From contig JAANOX010000064.1 in NCBI GenBank assembly GCA_020184695.1, forward strand, positions 124,001 to 188,000: a stretch of DNA of 64,000 bases, in the 5' to 3' direction. Of the stretch, positions 54,165 to 64,000 are shown piece after piece; position 1 is the stretch's first letter, and every line of letters starts with the position of its first letter. The position numbers and the translations under genes were made by a program. Below the pieces are notes generated by a model. It did not search any database. It had not been told where the DNA came from and worked only from the letters and a program-made list of their open reading frames with translations. Source of the stretch: Histomonas meleagridis 2922-C6/04-290x (Eukaryota; Protista; Parabasalia).

Positions 54165-54240
54165 CTTTGCGAGTGGCTCAACTATGTCACTTTTATAACC
54201 GATATTATTTAAACGTTCGAAAACCACTGTTTTTATTTTT

Positions 54241-54435
54241 ATGGATGAAAAAGCACAAAGGAACTTTATAATCGGATCACTCATTGGAGCTGTAGCCGTA
54301 TTCCTATCTGGAATGCTGGTTCTCCTTTATTGTATTTGTATCCATATTCAACACGACGATCTATCCGATATTGAGGCGAATGATGTTTCTAATTCTGATA
54401 CTGAAATTGATGATGAGCTTCCAGAGGAAATTTAA
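54241..54435 (+). CDS. Small single-pass membrane protein (64 aa)
   Basis: One hydrophobic helix followed by an acidic tail. Confidence 0.45.
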   Translation: MDEKAQRNFIIGSLIGAVAVFLSGMLVLLYCICIHIQHDDLSDIEANDVSNSDTEIDDELPEEI

Positions 54436-54623
54436 TTTTAGTGCTCAAACACGATCATATTTTTCAAACTTGCATTGAAATCAGGAAAACGAGTTAACGA
54501 AGAAACAAAAATTCTGGGTTTGTTAATCAATTTTGTCCATGGAGTAATCATATGTTTTTTATGTAATAATAAAATATAAATTTTATATTTTTGGAGTTTT
54601 CTTCAAGAAAAACGTTTAAATTA

Positions 54624-56045
54624 ATGGAGAAATCTTTTGCAAAATCATCAAGACTTATCGATTCATTTTTCCTTGAATTTTTATCTAGTTCAAAATGCAA
54701 TCTAGATTTCCTCAAGCTTAAAGAATTTCTTCAAAATAATCAATCAATAGATAATTTTTTTGATAGTTTTCTTATTACAGAACCTTCAAAATCTAGATCT
54801 CCTAGAAAGATGTTGCCACAATCTCCTGTAGTTTCATCAAAGTCTAAGAGTCCAATTCCCAAATCATATGATAATTCAATTTCATTCAGTAAAACAATAA
54901 CAAACATAATTCCTCCTTTCTACAAACAAGAAATTACAAATAAAATTGATTTTAATTCCATATATTCTAAAAATCAAATTATTACTTTAGAAATGTTTAC
55001 TCAAATTCTTTCAGATTTAAGTCTTCCATCTTTTTTTGCCAAGCCAATGATGGAAGCGTTATGTCCTTCTATTCTAGAAACCCAAAATTATGAAATAGTT
55101 TATTCCTCTTTTCTACAATTTGCAATTCCAAAACTTGAAAACGCAAATCTTCATGAACAAATTTTTAAAATATTATTAAACAATAACGATCGTCCATATC
55201 TTATTCCTTCTGATTTTTCACCCTATATTTCATCGTTAATTAATTCGCATAAATCACTAAAATTTCTTGATCGTGATTCACACTTACATTCTGCATATGA
55301 AAATTGCATTATCTCGCGTATATTTTATTGTCTTGATCCAGAGGTTCGCGAAACGATCACATTTCAAAGGTTTACAAATTCCAATTTTTGTGAATGTCTA
55401 TGTATCGTTGACACAACAGAAGATATATCCGATGTCTTAGATTTTTTTAGTTATGAACATTTTTATGTACTTTATACATTATTTATTGACATTGATATTC
55501 AAGATAATGGATTTCTAACAATTGAACAACTTTCATCATATGATTATCATCGAATTTCATTACCACTTTGCCAAAGAATTATACAATTTTTACCTGGTTC
55601 GAAAGACATGAATAAAATCACATTTAATGAATTCATATATTTTGTAATTGCTGTTGAAGATAAGACAACAGAAACAGCGTTAAGGCTATGGTTTCATACA
55701 TGTGACTTAGATGATGATGGAATTCTTTCTATTTATGAAATAAAGCAATTATATAAAATACAAAAAGAAAAAATGATCGAAAATGATATGGACCCGATAA
55801 GTTTTGATTACATATATTCACAAATTATAGATTTGATCGGGTGTTGTGAGAATGGAATAACAATGAAAATGTTGAGGAATAGTGGAAAATGGGAAACATT
55901 TTTTAATATACTTGTCGACTTTAAGCAGTTCACTGAATGGGAATTCTGTGATCCAATGTATGAAGATAATATGAGTGCGGGTTCTGATGGAATGAAAAGA
56001 TGGGACAAGTTCTGTGATGAAGAATATATTAAACTTTCATGTTAG
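54624..56045 (+). CDS. Protein phosphatase 2A regulatory subunit B'' (EF-hand)
   Basis: FFSYEHFYVLYTLFIDIDIQDNG, FIYFVIAVEDKTTETALRLWFHTCDLDDDGILS, WDKFCDEEY; ATG at 54624. Confidence 0.9.
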   Translation: MEKSFAKSSRLIDSFFLEFLSSSKCNLDFLKLKEFLQNNQSIDNFFDSFLITEPSKSRSPRKMLPQSPVVSSKSKSPIPKSYDNSISFSKTITNIIPPFYKQEITNKIDFNSIYSKNQIITLEMFTQILSDLSLPSFFAKPMMEALCPSILETQNYEIVYSSFLQFAIPKLENANLHEQIFKILLNNNDRPYLIPSDFSPYISSLINSHKSLKFLDRDSHLHSAYENCIISRIFYCLDPEVRETITFQRFTNSNFCECLCIVDTTEDISDVLDFFSYEHFYVLYTLFIDIDIQDNGFLTIEQLSSYDYHRISLPLCQRIIQFLPGSKDMNKITFNEFIYFVIAVEDKTTETALRLWFHTCDLDDDGILSIYEIKQLYKIQKEKMIENDMDPISFDYIYSQIIDLIGCCENGITMKMLRNSGKWETFFNILVDFKQFTEWEFCDPMYEDNMSAGSDGMKRWDKFCDEEYIKLSC

Positions 56046-56789
56046 TAAAAAAAGTATTGTTTTGATATAAAACTTTATCTATTATTTTTCTAATATTTAT
56101 AATATATTATGAAACACTACGTAAAACATTTCATATGGTTGTTTGATTTCTCAAAAAAATTAAAGAAATGATAGGATCAAATATTATCGAAATTTGTGAT
56201 GGTGCATGAAATGAATATTCTCATCTTCAGAACCAATTTCAATTGTTAATATTGTATTTGCAGGTGTTATCCATTCATATATAGATGCATATATAGGAAG
56301 TATAACAATTGGCACATTGAATACATACAAAGGAATTCAGGAATGCATATCAATAACACCTTCACAAGCATCAACAGAATTAATTTTCATAATTTTGTAC
56401 TTTTATACATACATCAAAAATTATTATTTTATACTTTAGACCAAATGAAAAATTATTTTCATGTTGTATCGAAATTCAGTAATGATTGTTTGACTCTGTG
56501 CTTCAAGTAATTGAAATGACGATATATGTTTCCAAAAGTGCCGAACTAACATATGAAAATAGATATGATGAAAATGAATATGAAGTTTGATAAATATCCA
56601 ATTTCATCATAAGAACAAAAGACACATTAATAATATTTGATTATCATATCATATAATAAAAAATGATTTTCTTTTTTTAATGAATATAGACAGACCGCAA
56701 AAGAATGCCAGTCATAAACAAACCTCCTTTTTATTATTTTTAGATAGTGTACAATGATATGGTCAAATGGTATGAACAGCTACAACTCC

Positions 56790-57370
56790 ATTAAGAAAGG
56801 AGGAATAAATATTAATAATCAAAATTTTTTATTTTTTTATTTACTGTTTATTATAATATTTTAAAATTTATTAATATTTTTTGATAATTATTTCAAAAAT
56901 TTGGTCTTACACTTGTTGAAGCAGCTCAAGAAGGATCTATTGACATAGTAAAACAACTTCTTGAACAAGGAAAAGATGTTAATACTAGAGGTATTAATTT
57001 TTATTGTTTATGATTTATTTTAATATTTTCAGATTTCAAAATTTTATTCGGAAATTAATTAAAACATTTAAAACAGCACTTATTTGTGCCACACTTTTTA
57101 GAAAAATAGATATCGTTCAATTACTTCTAGAACAAGAAGGAATTGACATTAATTCAAAAGATATTCATTTATTTAACTTAATGTTTATTTTAATTATGTA
57201 TTATTTCATAATAGTATTTGGAAATTATTTAAAATATAAGATACAACTTATTGTTGCATCTAAAAATAACTTTATAGATATCGTTCAATTACTTCTTCAA
57301 CAAAAAGGAATTGATATTAATGTCAAAAATATTTATTTATTCTATTCAATGTTTGTGTTATTCATTTAAT
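56790..57370 (+). repeat. Orphan ankyrin-repeat/spacer array
   Basis: Units LTLVEAAQEGSIDIVKQLLEQGKDVNTRG, TALICATLFRKIDIVQLLLEQEGIDINSKD and LIVASKNNFIDIVQLLLQQKGIDINVKN; spacers 56826-56905 (80 nt), 56993-57072 (80 nt) and 57163-57240 (78 nt, in frame). Confidence 0.85.
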
Positions 57371-57379
57371 ATTTCACTC

Positions 57380-57517
57380 AAGCTTTGCGCTTTGCTCTTT
57401 AATCCTTACTGTTAAGGAAAAGCGATACTCGCAAATTCCTTAAAAGGAATCAATTGATCTTAGTTTGCTTACTGCACGTTGGAGCGCATTAAATTGATAT
57501 CTCATAAAAACACATTT
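57380..57517 (+). ncRNA. Candidate structured ncRNA (possible H/ACA snoRNA)
   Basis: Intergenic GC-elevated block with nested stems (TTTGCG/CGCAAA, TCCTTA/TAAGGA, ATCAATT/AATTGAT), ANANNA at 57443-57448 and ACA near 57510-57514. Unverified. Confidence 0.25.
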
Positions 57518-57573
57518 TATTATTTAAATAATAAGCAGAAGAAAAAATTATAAAAATTTATTTATAACAATAT

Positions 57574-58065
57574 TTATTCAGTTACAAGATCTTTCAGTGA
57601 TGATAACATTTCATGGATTGCGTTGTTGTTATTGTCTAGTTCTAATTGGAGAGTTTCATCTTGTTTTTCCAATTCTTCATTTTCATGTTGAAGATTTTCA
57701 AGAACTTTGCGAAGTTTTATAATTTCTTGTTCCTTAGACCGAAGAATTATATTTCGTTCGATTTCTTCGGGATCTCGTTCTTCAAAATCAAAAGCTGACA
57801 TATCAACTTCGAATTTGGTTGAATTTTCAATAAGTTCATCAAGTCTATTAAGCTTTTGGATTATATTCTTTTCATTTAGTATTTCTTCTAATTCGTCAAA
57901 ACAATTTTTTTCGATATTTGGAATTAGTAATTTTGAAATGTTTGTAATTCGTTCTTTAGGAATAGATGAAATAAATTTACCCAATTCTTCTGGTGAAAGA
58001 GGTTTGAGAGTTTCCTTAAGAAATTTCTGATATACTGAATAAAGCCTTTCTGCACGTGAGTGCAT
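57574..58065 (-). CDS. Nnf1/PMF1-like kinetochore (MIS12 complex) subunit
   Basis: SRAERL..., DELEEILNEKNIIQKLNRLDELIE, P-EE motif and a terminal coiled coil follow the Nnf1 pattern; size matches. Confidence 0.6.
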   Translation of the reverse strand: MHSRAERLYSVYQKFLKETLKPLSPEELGKFISSIPKERITNISKLLIPNIEKNCFDELEEILNEKNIIQKLNRLDELIENSTKFEVDMSAFDFEERDPEEIERNIILRSKEQEIIKLRKVLENLQHENEELEKQDETLQLELDNNNNAIHEMLSSLKDLVTE

Positions 58066-58320
58066 TTTTGATTACGTTTATTTTTAAAAAAGTGACAAAT
58101 ATATGCATATATTGTATATTTTGGCTTAAACAAATTGTTTTTTACTTAATTCAAGATAAGATAGAATTATCTGCTGAAGCAACAATTAAATATTTTGAAA
58201 CTAATTATAAATATTCTTTTAACATACTTCTTGCGAAATTTCGTTTTGTAATTTGAAATTTGTGATTTTTTAGTAAGAAAACGGAAAAATTTACCTCGTT
58301 CTTTTATCGATTCTAAGTAT

Positions 58321-58369
58321 TATGCAAAAAGGAATTGATGTTAATGATAAAGATATTTGTTTGTTTTAA
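58321..58369 (+). repeat. Ankyrin C-terminal remnant (QKGIDVNDKD) with truncated spacer
   Basis: Same junction sequence GATATTTGTTTGTTTT, cut off at the inverted-repeat motif. Confidence 0.65.
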
Positions 58370-58371
58370 TA

Positions 58372-59610
58372 TAGGGGGTGCAAACAGTTTTGACCCCACC
58401 CATTTGTTTGAATAAAAAAGATATTTGTTACAAATATACTTTTATTTAAAGAAGTGGTCTTCGTGATTCTTAGTCACCTACTAAAGTCTTTTTATCTATG
58501 ATAGGAACATAGTTAAAGCTTTCTAAAAGTGGCAATTTGAAATATACATATAATTTCATTTCCATACTCTCGAAATTTTCCTTAACTATTACAAAGAATT
58601 AAATATCGTACTATCTTAAATCTAATTACTGATACAGATAAGAACTTCTTTTAAGGCTTTTCTCTTAAGATTTTTAAACAATACTTTTTTTAATGTGAAC
58701 GATATGCACCTTTATCTTTTTCATATGAATCCAATTTTTGTTACTAATTAGTATTTTCAAAAAAATTATAACATAATTTGATTTATGGATTAAATTTGAA
58801 TTTAAGATATAATCCATATATCCATATCATTTTGTATAATCGATAAAATAATTGAACATAATTTTTTACATTGAATATTCTTATATATCATCATTGACAC
58901 TTTATTACGTGATTTTCTATATATTTTTCTAATAAAATATTTAGAAAATTTCTATTACTAATCATTAATTAAATTTGTATTAAATAAATTTTTTATAACT
59001 TTAATAAAATCATAGAAAATTATTTCGGAATTTTCGAACCTTTTCCATCTATTGTTCACAGATAGCATATGGGGATCTTTTTTCGACAATATTTTTTTAA
59101 TACAAGCAATTAAGCCAAATTTTATTTACTTATGTTACATAATACTTCTATTTCTGATTCAATTGATTTTATGGATAAAAATAATTGCTCATCAAGTATT
59201 GCATGATTTTTTAATTTTCTTAACTCTAGGCATTTTGCTTCCACCTAAAATCATTGTAAATTAGGTTACCTAAAAAATTTCTATAATATAATTTAGAACC
59301 TGTAAAATAGAGACTAAATTCAAAAAAAGCAGTATTTTTTTCTTTATATTAATTGATACCCTATTCTTTGTAGAAAATTTTATTTGATGACATTTTTGAG
59401 TTCCTGCTTTTTATTGGGTTTGAAAATCATAAAAGTGACAATCATGAGTAGAAAAAATTCAATCATCTAAATTTCAACAAGTAAACTAAATTTTTAAAAA
59501 ATATTAAAATAGACATCAAGTTCATTTATTATAGTTTTTATTTATATATAATTTATTTTTCTTGGTCAAGAGGATGTTGAGAAAAGGGGGTCAGGACTTT
59601 TTGTACCCTA
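58372..59610. mobile_element. Candidate non-autonomous terminal-inverted-repeat element (about 1.24 kb, TA-flanked)
   Basis: Left end TAGGGGGTGCAAACAGTTTTGACCCC versus revcomp right end TAGGGTACAAAAAGTCCTGACCCC (20/24 identical plus a 2-nt gap). TA on both outer flanks; AT-rich non-coding interior. Confidence 0.4.
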
Positions 59611-59938
59611 TACAATTTCCAAATAATATTATTTGGTCCAATTCTTTCTCCTCTTCCACATCCCCAAGATTTCAATATCAATAAGTTTCAGATTTCAGAA
59701 AAAGATTTATAATAAGGTTATCCATCCACAAGAAAAAAATATCATTTTTAAAAGAATTTGATTTTTTTTAACCATCTTTATGTATAAACCATACTCAAAA
59801 TAATAAATTTTAACCAAAAATATTTATATATTTAAATATACATTTTTTATTAGCTTAAATATAGTCTCTAGAATGTATTCTGCTTCAATTGAAAGAATTT
59901 AAACGGTTTCATATGATTGTAAATTAAAAAGTGACAAA

Positions 59939-60481
59939 ATGGGAATCGTTTCTTCGATTCTTTCTTGGTTCTCAAGCAAAAAAGAGGTAAAAGTATTGAT
60001 TCTTGGGCTTGACTCAGCAGGGAAAACAACAATATTATACAGGCTTTCTCTCGGACAATATGTGCAACAAGTAGCACCAACAGTTGCATTCAATCTTGAA
60101 AAAGTTGAAGTAGGAAATCTTACTTTACGTATTTGGGATATCGGTGGCCAGCAACAACTTCGTCCATATTGGCGCCTTTATTTCAAAGATATTAATGGAA
60201 TTGTTTTCGTTGTTGATTCTGCAGACAAAGAAAGAATTAACATTTGTAACAGTGAGCTTCATGCTCTGTTAAAAGAAGAAGAACTTAAAGGCATTCCATT
60301 GATAGTTTTAGCAAATAAACAAGATCTTGAAGATGCTATGAAACCAGAAGAAGTAAGCCAAAAATTAGACTTATCATCAATCAAAGACAGAGATTGGACT
60401 ATAATGCCAACAAGTGCCTTGAATGGAGATGGCGTTTCTACTGCATTTGAATGGCTATCAGAAAATATGGAAGGAAAATAA
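59939..60481 (+). CDS. ADP-ribosylation factor family GTPase (ARL1/ARF-like)
   Basis: MG myristoylation site, [27 protein letters not shown]. Confidence 0.95.
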   Translation: MGIVSSILSWFSSKKEVKVLILGLDSAGKTTILYRLSLGQYVQQVAPTVAFNLEKVEVGNLTLRIWDIGGQQQLRPYWRLYFKDINGIVFVVDSADKERINICNSELHALLKEEELKGIPLIVLANKQDLEDAMKPEEVSQKLDLSSIKDRDWTIMPTSALNGDGVSTAFEWLSENMEGK

Positions 60482-60755
60482 TTTATTAAAATAAAAACTT
60501 TCAACTTTTTATAGTGTAATTATGCACGAACGAAAACATATTGACATTTTTTGTACTCATAATCAATTATTTATAAACATTTTTATAAACATTATTTGAT
60601 ATTTACTGTTCTTTTTTAGCCAATAAAATGGGGTTGCGATTATAAATAATCTTTTTTATTGTTGTTATTATTTGCTATTTTTCATTGTTTCATGGTTTTC
60701 ACAACTTTACTACAAAAGTCAAAAAATTTGAAATATTTTAATTAAAATACATATT

Positions 60756-62168
60756 TTAATAATTATTCTTAATAAGTTCAGTGGCTATCTGGGAAAAATC
60801 ATCACTACTATTTTCAACAAACTGTAAAAATTCCAAAATTTTTTCAATTATTTGAGAATTTTCTTCATCAGTTTTTTGCATAAGTATTTTCCCAGCGCTT
60901 TTTACAGCTATTTCTTCTATCTCAAGAAAACCTGTCTCAGCCACTTCATACGCCATTATGATGACATTTAATTTATAATCGAACTCAAAATATTTAAGTC
61001 CACAAATATTCACTAAAGCAAGAACAAAATACGCAGCGCTTTCCTTAGCCGAATATTGCGTATCATTTAACAACGCGTTACAAAAACAAATTGCGTTATT
61101 ATAATCAAAATTATCCCACTCAATTAAATCCCTCATTTTTAAAGCTAAAAGTTTCATTGCGACTGAAGTTATATCTTTATCTTTACATTCTACCATTAAT
61201 ATATGATGATACTTTTGGGCTAAATCAAAAACAATTTGCTCATTTACAAAATTCGAAATTTCTTGATTACATTTAATAAACTCAGAAAACAATTGTAAAA
61301 CAGAATAAATAATTTTCGGATGTTGATCAACATGAATTAATTCACTTAAAGTTTCAATAATTCCATTTTCAAAATATTTAAATCGTAAATCATTTCGATT
61401 GTCCCAAATTTTTTGCAAGTTTTTACATATGATATATATAATATGTAAAGTAGGTTCTTCTTCTCGAATTGTCGTTATATAAAATTGTAATACTATATCG
61501 ATAACATTCGGATGTATTGTTTTCCATTTGCAAATGTTACCAAAAAAATTAAACGTTCCTTTTTCAATATTTTCATTTTCTTCATTACGGATTTCTTTAC
61601 AAATCTGAAGCTTGGAGCAATAAATATCAAAAAACGATTGATGGCCATTGATTGGTTGAAGAAATAGCTGACAAACGCCTTCATGAAGTGATGCAAGTTG
61701 ACTTAGAACTCGTACAATGAAGTAAGGAAGATTATATCTGACTTTGTCAGACATAAACTGGGTGTATTCTAAAAAGGGATAAAATGTTTGTAATGATTCA
61801 GACCGAAGAAAAAAATTAATTGTTTCAGGATATATTGATAAAAGTAAATATATAATTTGAAGTGACCTGATTTGGCACTCAAGGCTGCTTCTTAGATTAT
61901 TCGCAATGGAAAGAAGTAATTGAAATAAGGAAGTTTGATAAACAATTTCAAGTTTTGGCGGCGTACGTTCTCTTAAATATTCATGAAACATAAAAAGGTT
62001 GTTTTCTAATGTGCTTGAATCAATTTCTTCTTGATTATTGAGATTTCGAATTTGACCAATTAATGGAACCCAACTAACAGTCGACTTTCCTTCTTTTGTT
62101 AATAGTTCTTCTTGTGTTTTAAATCGTTTTTTTCGTGGAGTTTTCTTATATAATGACAATAAATTCAT
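60756..62168 (-). CDS. Armadillo-repeat protein, divergent importin-alpha-like
   Basis: Helical repeats, basic N-terminus, SAKESAAYFV motif; ATG at 62168 (track start is a TTG). Confidence 0.55.
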   Translation of the reverse strand: MNLLSLYKKTPRKKRFKTQEELLTKEGKSTVSWVPLIGQIRNLNNQEEIDSSTLENNLFMFHEYLRERTPPKLEIVYQTSLFQLLLSIANNLRSSLECQIRSLQIIYLLLSIYPETINFFLRSESLQTFYPFLEYTQFMSDKVRYNLPYFIVRVLSQLASLHEGVCQLFLQPINGHQSFFDIYCSKLQICKEIRNEENENIEKGTFNFFGNICKWKTIHPNVIDIVLQFYITTIREEEPTLHIIYIICKNLQKIWDNRNDLRFKYFENGIIETLSELIHVDQHPKIIYSVLQLFSEFIKCNQEISNFVNEQIVFDLAQKYHHILMVECKDKDITSVAMKLLALKMRDLIEWDNFDYNNAICFCNALLNDTQYSAKESAAYFVLALVNICGLKYFEFDYKLNVIIMAYEVAETGFLEIEEIAVKSAGKILMQKTDEENSQIIEKILEFLQFVENSSDDFSQIATELIKNNY

Positions 62169-62187
62169 TTTGTAATGCGACGCCAAA

Positions 62188-62211
62188 GACCGTTAATATA
62201 ACCGACCGTTA
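62188..62211. promoter_or_regulatory. Tandem GACCGTTA (M3/Myb-recognition-like) motifs in a divergent promoter
   Basis: Two copies (62188-62195 and 62204-62211) in the 80-nt gap between divergent ATGs; another copy at 53532-53539 upstream of PSMA5. Confidence 0.5.
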
Positions 62212-62248
62212 AATACTGGAAAAGTTTTACACAAATTGTTCAAGTAAA

Positions 62249-63484
62249 ATGTGGATTGAACTATCAATTCTGATTATCATTCTAGAATTTTTACTTAGTC
62301 AATATCTTATGCGTAGGCAAAGGAAAACAATTAAAAATGCAAAATCTCCACCTGAAATTTATAAAGATCAATTTACTGATGAAGAATTTCAAACTGCTAA
62401 AAATTATGCACTCGACAAGATAAACTTTTCTATTTTAATGGATGTTGTTGATACCATTGAAAGCATCATTGAAGTTTTTATTCTTTCTAAATTATGGAAA
62501 TTAACCGCTATTTTTGAAAGTGAGATTATTCATTCACTCATCTTTTTAGCGCTTTCCTCTGTATTAAGTACCATACTTTCAATTCCTTCTAGTTATTATT
62601 CCAATTTTGTTATTGAACAAAAATATGGCTTTAACAATCTCACAATCAAACTTTGGCTTACTGACAAGGTTAAGAGTCTTATCATCAACCTTATTATCAG
62701 CTCTATTCTTATTCCAATAATAATTTTCATCTACAACAAGGCCGGTGCCAAATTTGTTCTTGTTGCCCAAATCATCATTGTCATACTTTCGCTTGTTCTT
62801 AATGTCATTGCGCCCATTCTTATCATTCCTCTTTTCACAGTTCTTACACCAATCGTTGAAGGCCCAATTTATGACTCCATTTCGAAACTTTGTCAAGAAT
62901 CCGAATTTAACATTGGCAAAATATATGAAGCCGATGACTCAAAGCGTTCATCACATACCAACGCAATGGTATTTGGACTTTTTACTAAGAAGATTGCATT
63001 AGCTGATACACTTGTTAAAAACTCAACGCCCGAAAAGATCGCTGCTGTTGTTGGACATGAGATTGGCCACTCGAAACATCATCACATATTGAAACAATTT
63101 TTGATATCTCAAGTAAGTACATCTTTGATGTTAACAACACTTTACTTCGTAATGAGCTTGGATAAGCCTTTTGTGGAATTCGGCTTTAGTGATAAGCCTT
63201 TAATTGCTGGTATAATAATCACGACGTTAATCGCAACGCCATTCAGCGATTTGTTGGATTTGCCTTTGAACATGCTATCAAGATATATGGAAAGGCAGGC
63301 AGACGAATTTGCTGCTTTGAAAGGTTTGCCTTTGGATGAGGCTTTGATAGATTTGGTGAAGGATAATAAGTCACCAATTGAACCTGACCCTTTATACGCC
63401 GCTTTCGTAAGTAGTCACCCAACTACTGTGGAAAGAGTGAAATTCGTAAGAGAAATACAAAAGAAATTAAAGAAAAAAGATTAG
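62249..63484 (+). CDS. STE24: CAAX prenyl protease 1 (Ste24, peptidase M48)
   Basis: FVIEQKYGFN, DDSKRSSHTNA, HEIGH zinc motif, ERQADEFA, SHPTTVER. Confidence 0.95.
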   Translation: MWIELSILIIILEFLLSQYLMRRQRKTIKNAKSPPEIYKDQFTDEEFQTAKNYALDKINFSILMDVVDTIESIIEVFILSKLWKLTAIFESEIIHSLIFLALSSVLSTILSIPSSYYSNFVIEQKYGFNNLTIKLWLTDKVKSLIINLIISSILIPIIIFIYNKAGAKFVLVAQIIIVILSLVLNVIAPILIIPLFTVLTPIVEGPIYDSISKLCQESEFNIGKIYEADDSKRSSHTNAMVFGLFTKKIALADTLVKNSTPEKIAAVVGHEIGHSKHHHILKQFLISQVSTSLMLTTLYFVMSLDKPFVEFGFSDKPLIAGIIITTLIATPFSDLLDLPLNMLSRYMERQADEFAALKGLPLDEALIDLVKDNKSPIEPDPLYAAFVSSHPTTVERVKFVREIQKKLKKKD

Positions 63485-63583
63485 ATGTAAAATAAAAGTG
63501 GCGTTTAAGCTGACATTACGATCATTTTTTACTCAAAAAAAAACATTTGAATGAAGTGTACGTTTGTAACAAGGCGCCCCAAA

Positions 63584-64000
63584 ATGTTTCTTCTCTTATT
63601 CCAATGCGTAATTTCGACATCAATTCAATTAAACAAAGAAACAATAGACGATGTTTTCAACAAATCTCTTCCAATTTTCGTAGAAATATGGGATCCATGG
63701 TGCCAACATTGCAAACATTTCAAGCCTTCATGGGAAGCTTTAAGTAATGATCCTGAGTTATCAGACAAAGTTATTTTTGCAGATGTTAATTGCGTTAGTC
63801 AAAAATCTATCGCAAAACAATTTCCTGGTTCTGGCACGCCTAGATTTTTTTGGGTTGACTCAAGGACAAAAAGCAAACGTCAATATGTTGGACCCAACAT
63901 TGATTTGTTAATGCGTGATTTCATATTAAAACAGCTTCATCCGACAATTTACCAAATTGATCAAAATAGTATTCCAAATCTTAGCACATACGCAAGTGTC
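63584..64000 (+). CDS. Thioredoxin/PDI-like protein (partial, runs off the window; not in the ORF track)
   Basis: Hand translation MFLLLFQCVIS...FVEIWDPWCQHCKHFKPSW...FADVNC; frame open to 64000. Confidence 0.88.
   Translation, partial: MFLLLFQCVISTSIQLNKETIDDVFNKSLPIFVEIWDPWCQHCKHFKPSWEALSNDPELSDKVIFADVNCVSQKSIAKQFPGSGTPRFFWVDSRTKSKRQYVGPNIDLLMRDFILKQLHPTIYQIDQNSIPNLSTYASV

Noticed and set aside
1654-63747. Many 60-200 aa ORFs in the track that overlap or are antisense to well-supported genes
   Set aside because: They are shadow ORFs of real CDSs, with no domain features and often non-ATG starts.

Overview
AT-rich, gene-dense eukaryotic DNA, most likely from a parabasalid (trichomonad/tritrichomonad-like protist). 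This is an inference from four things: TCAYT initiator motifs just upstream of several ATGs, stop codons embedded in TAAA, an IBP39-type initiator-binding-domain gene, and DUF3447-ankyrin genes. The window holds about 30 uninterrupted housekeeping or hypothetical ORFs, including RPB10, PRP8, RPL37A, RPL18A, histone H3, PSMA5, deoC, YTM1, a BEACH protein, STE24, an ARF GTPase and PP2A-B''. It also contains tRNA-Phe(GAA), a broken DDE-integrase element, a calnexin fragment and a candidate TA-flanked inverted-repeat element. The most unusual signal is a dispersed family of ankyrin arrays. In these, 90-nt ankyrin units (stop-free and frame-intact in the 28.2-29.1 kb array, some degenerate elsewhere) alternate with a frame-breaking AT-rich spacer at the same position in the repeat. 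By hand count, 11 of 15 spacers are exactly 80 nt, giving a perfect 170-nt period at 28.2-29.1 kb, and none has a canonical trichomonad intron signal. This points to an unrecognised intron-like or recoding mechanism acting on diversified ankyrin cassettes. Expression data are needed to exclude simple pseudogenisation. All coordinates, lengths and translations outside the ORF track were worked out by hand; protein assignments come from motif recognition, not database searches.
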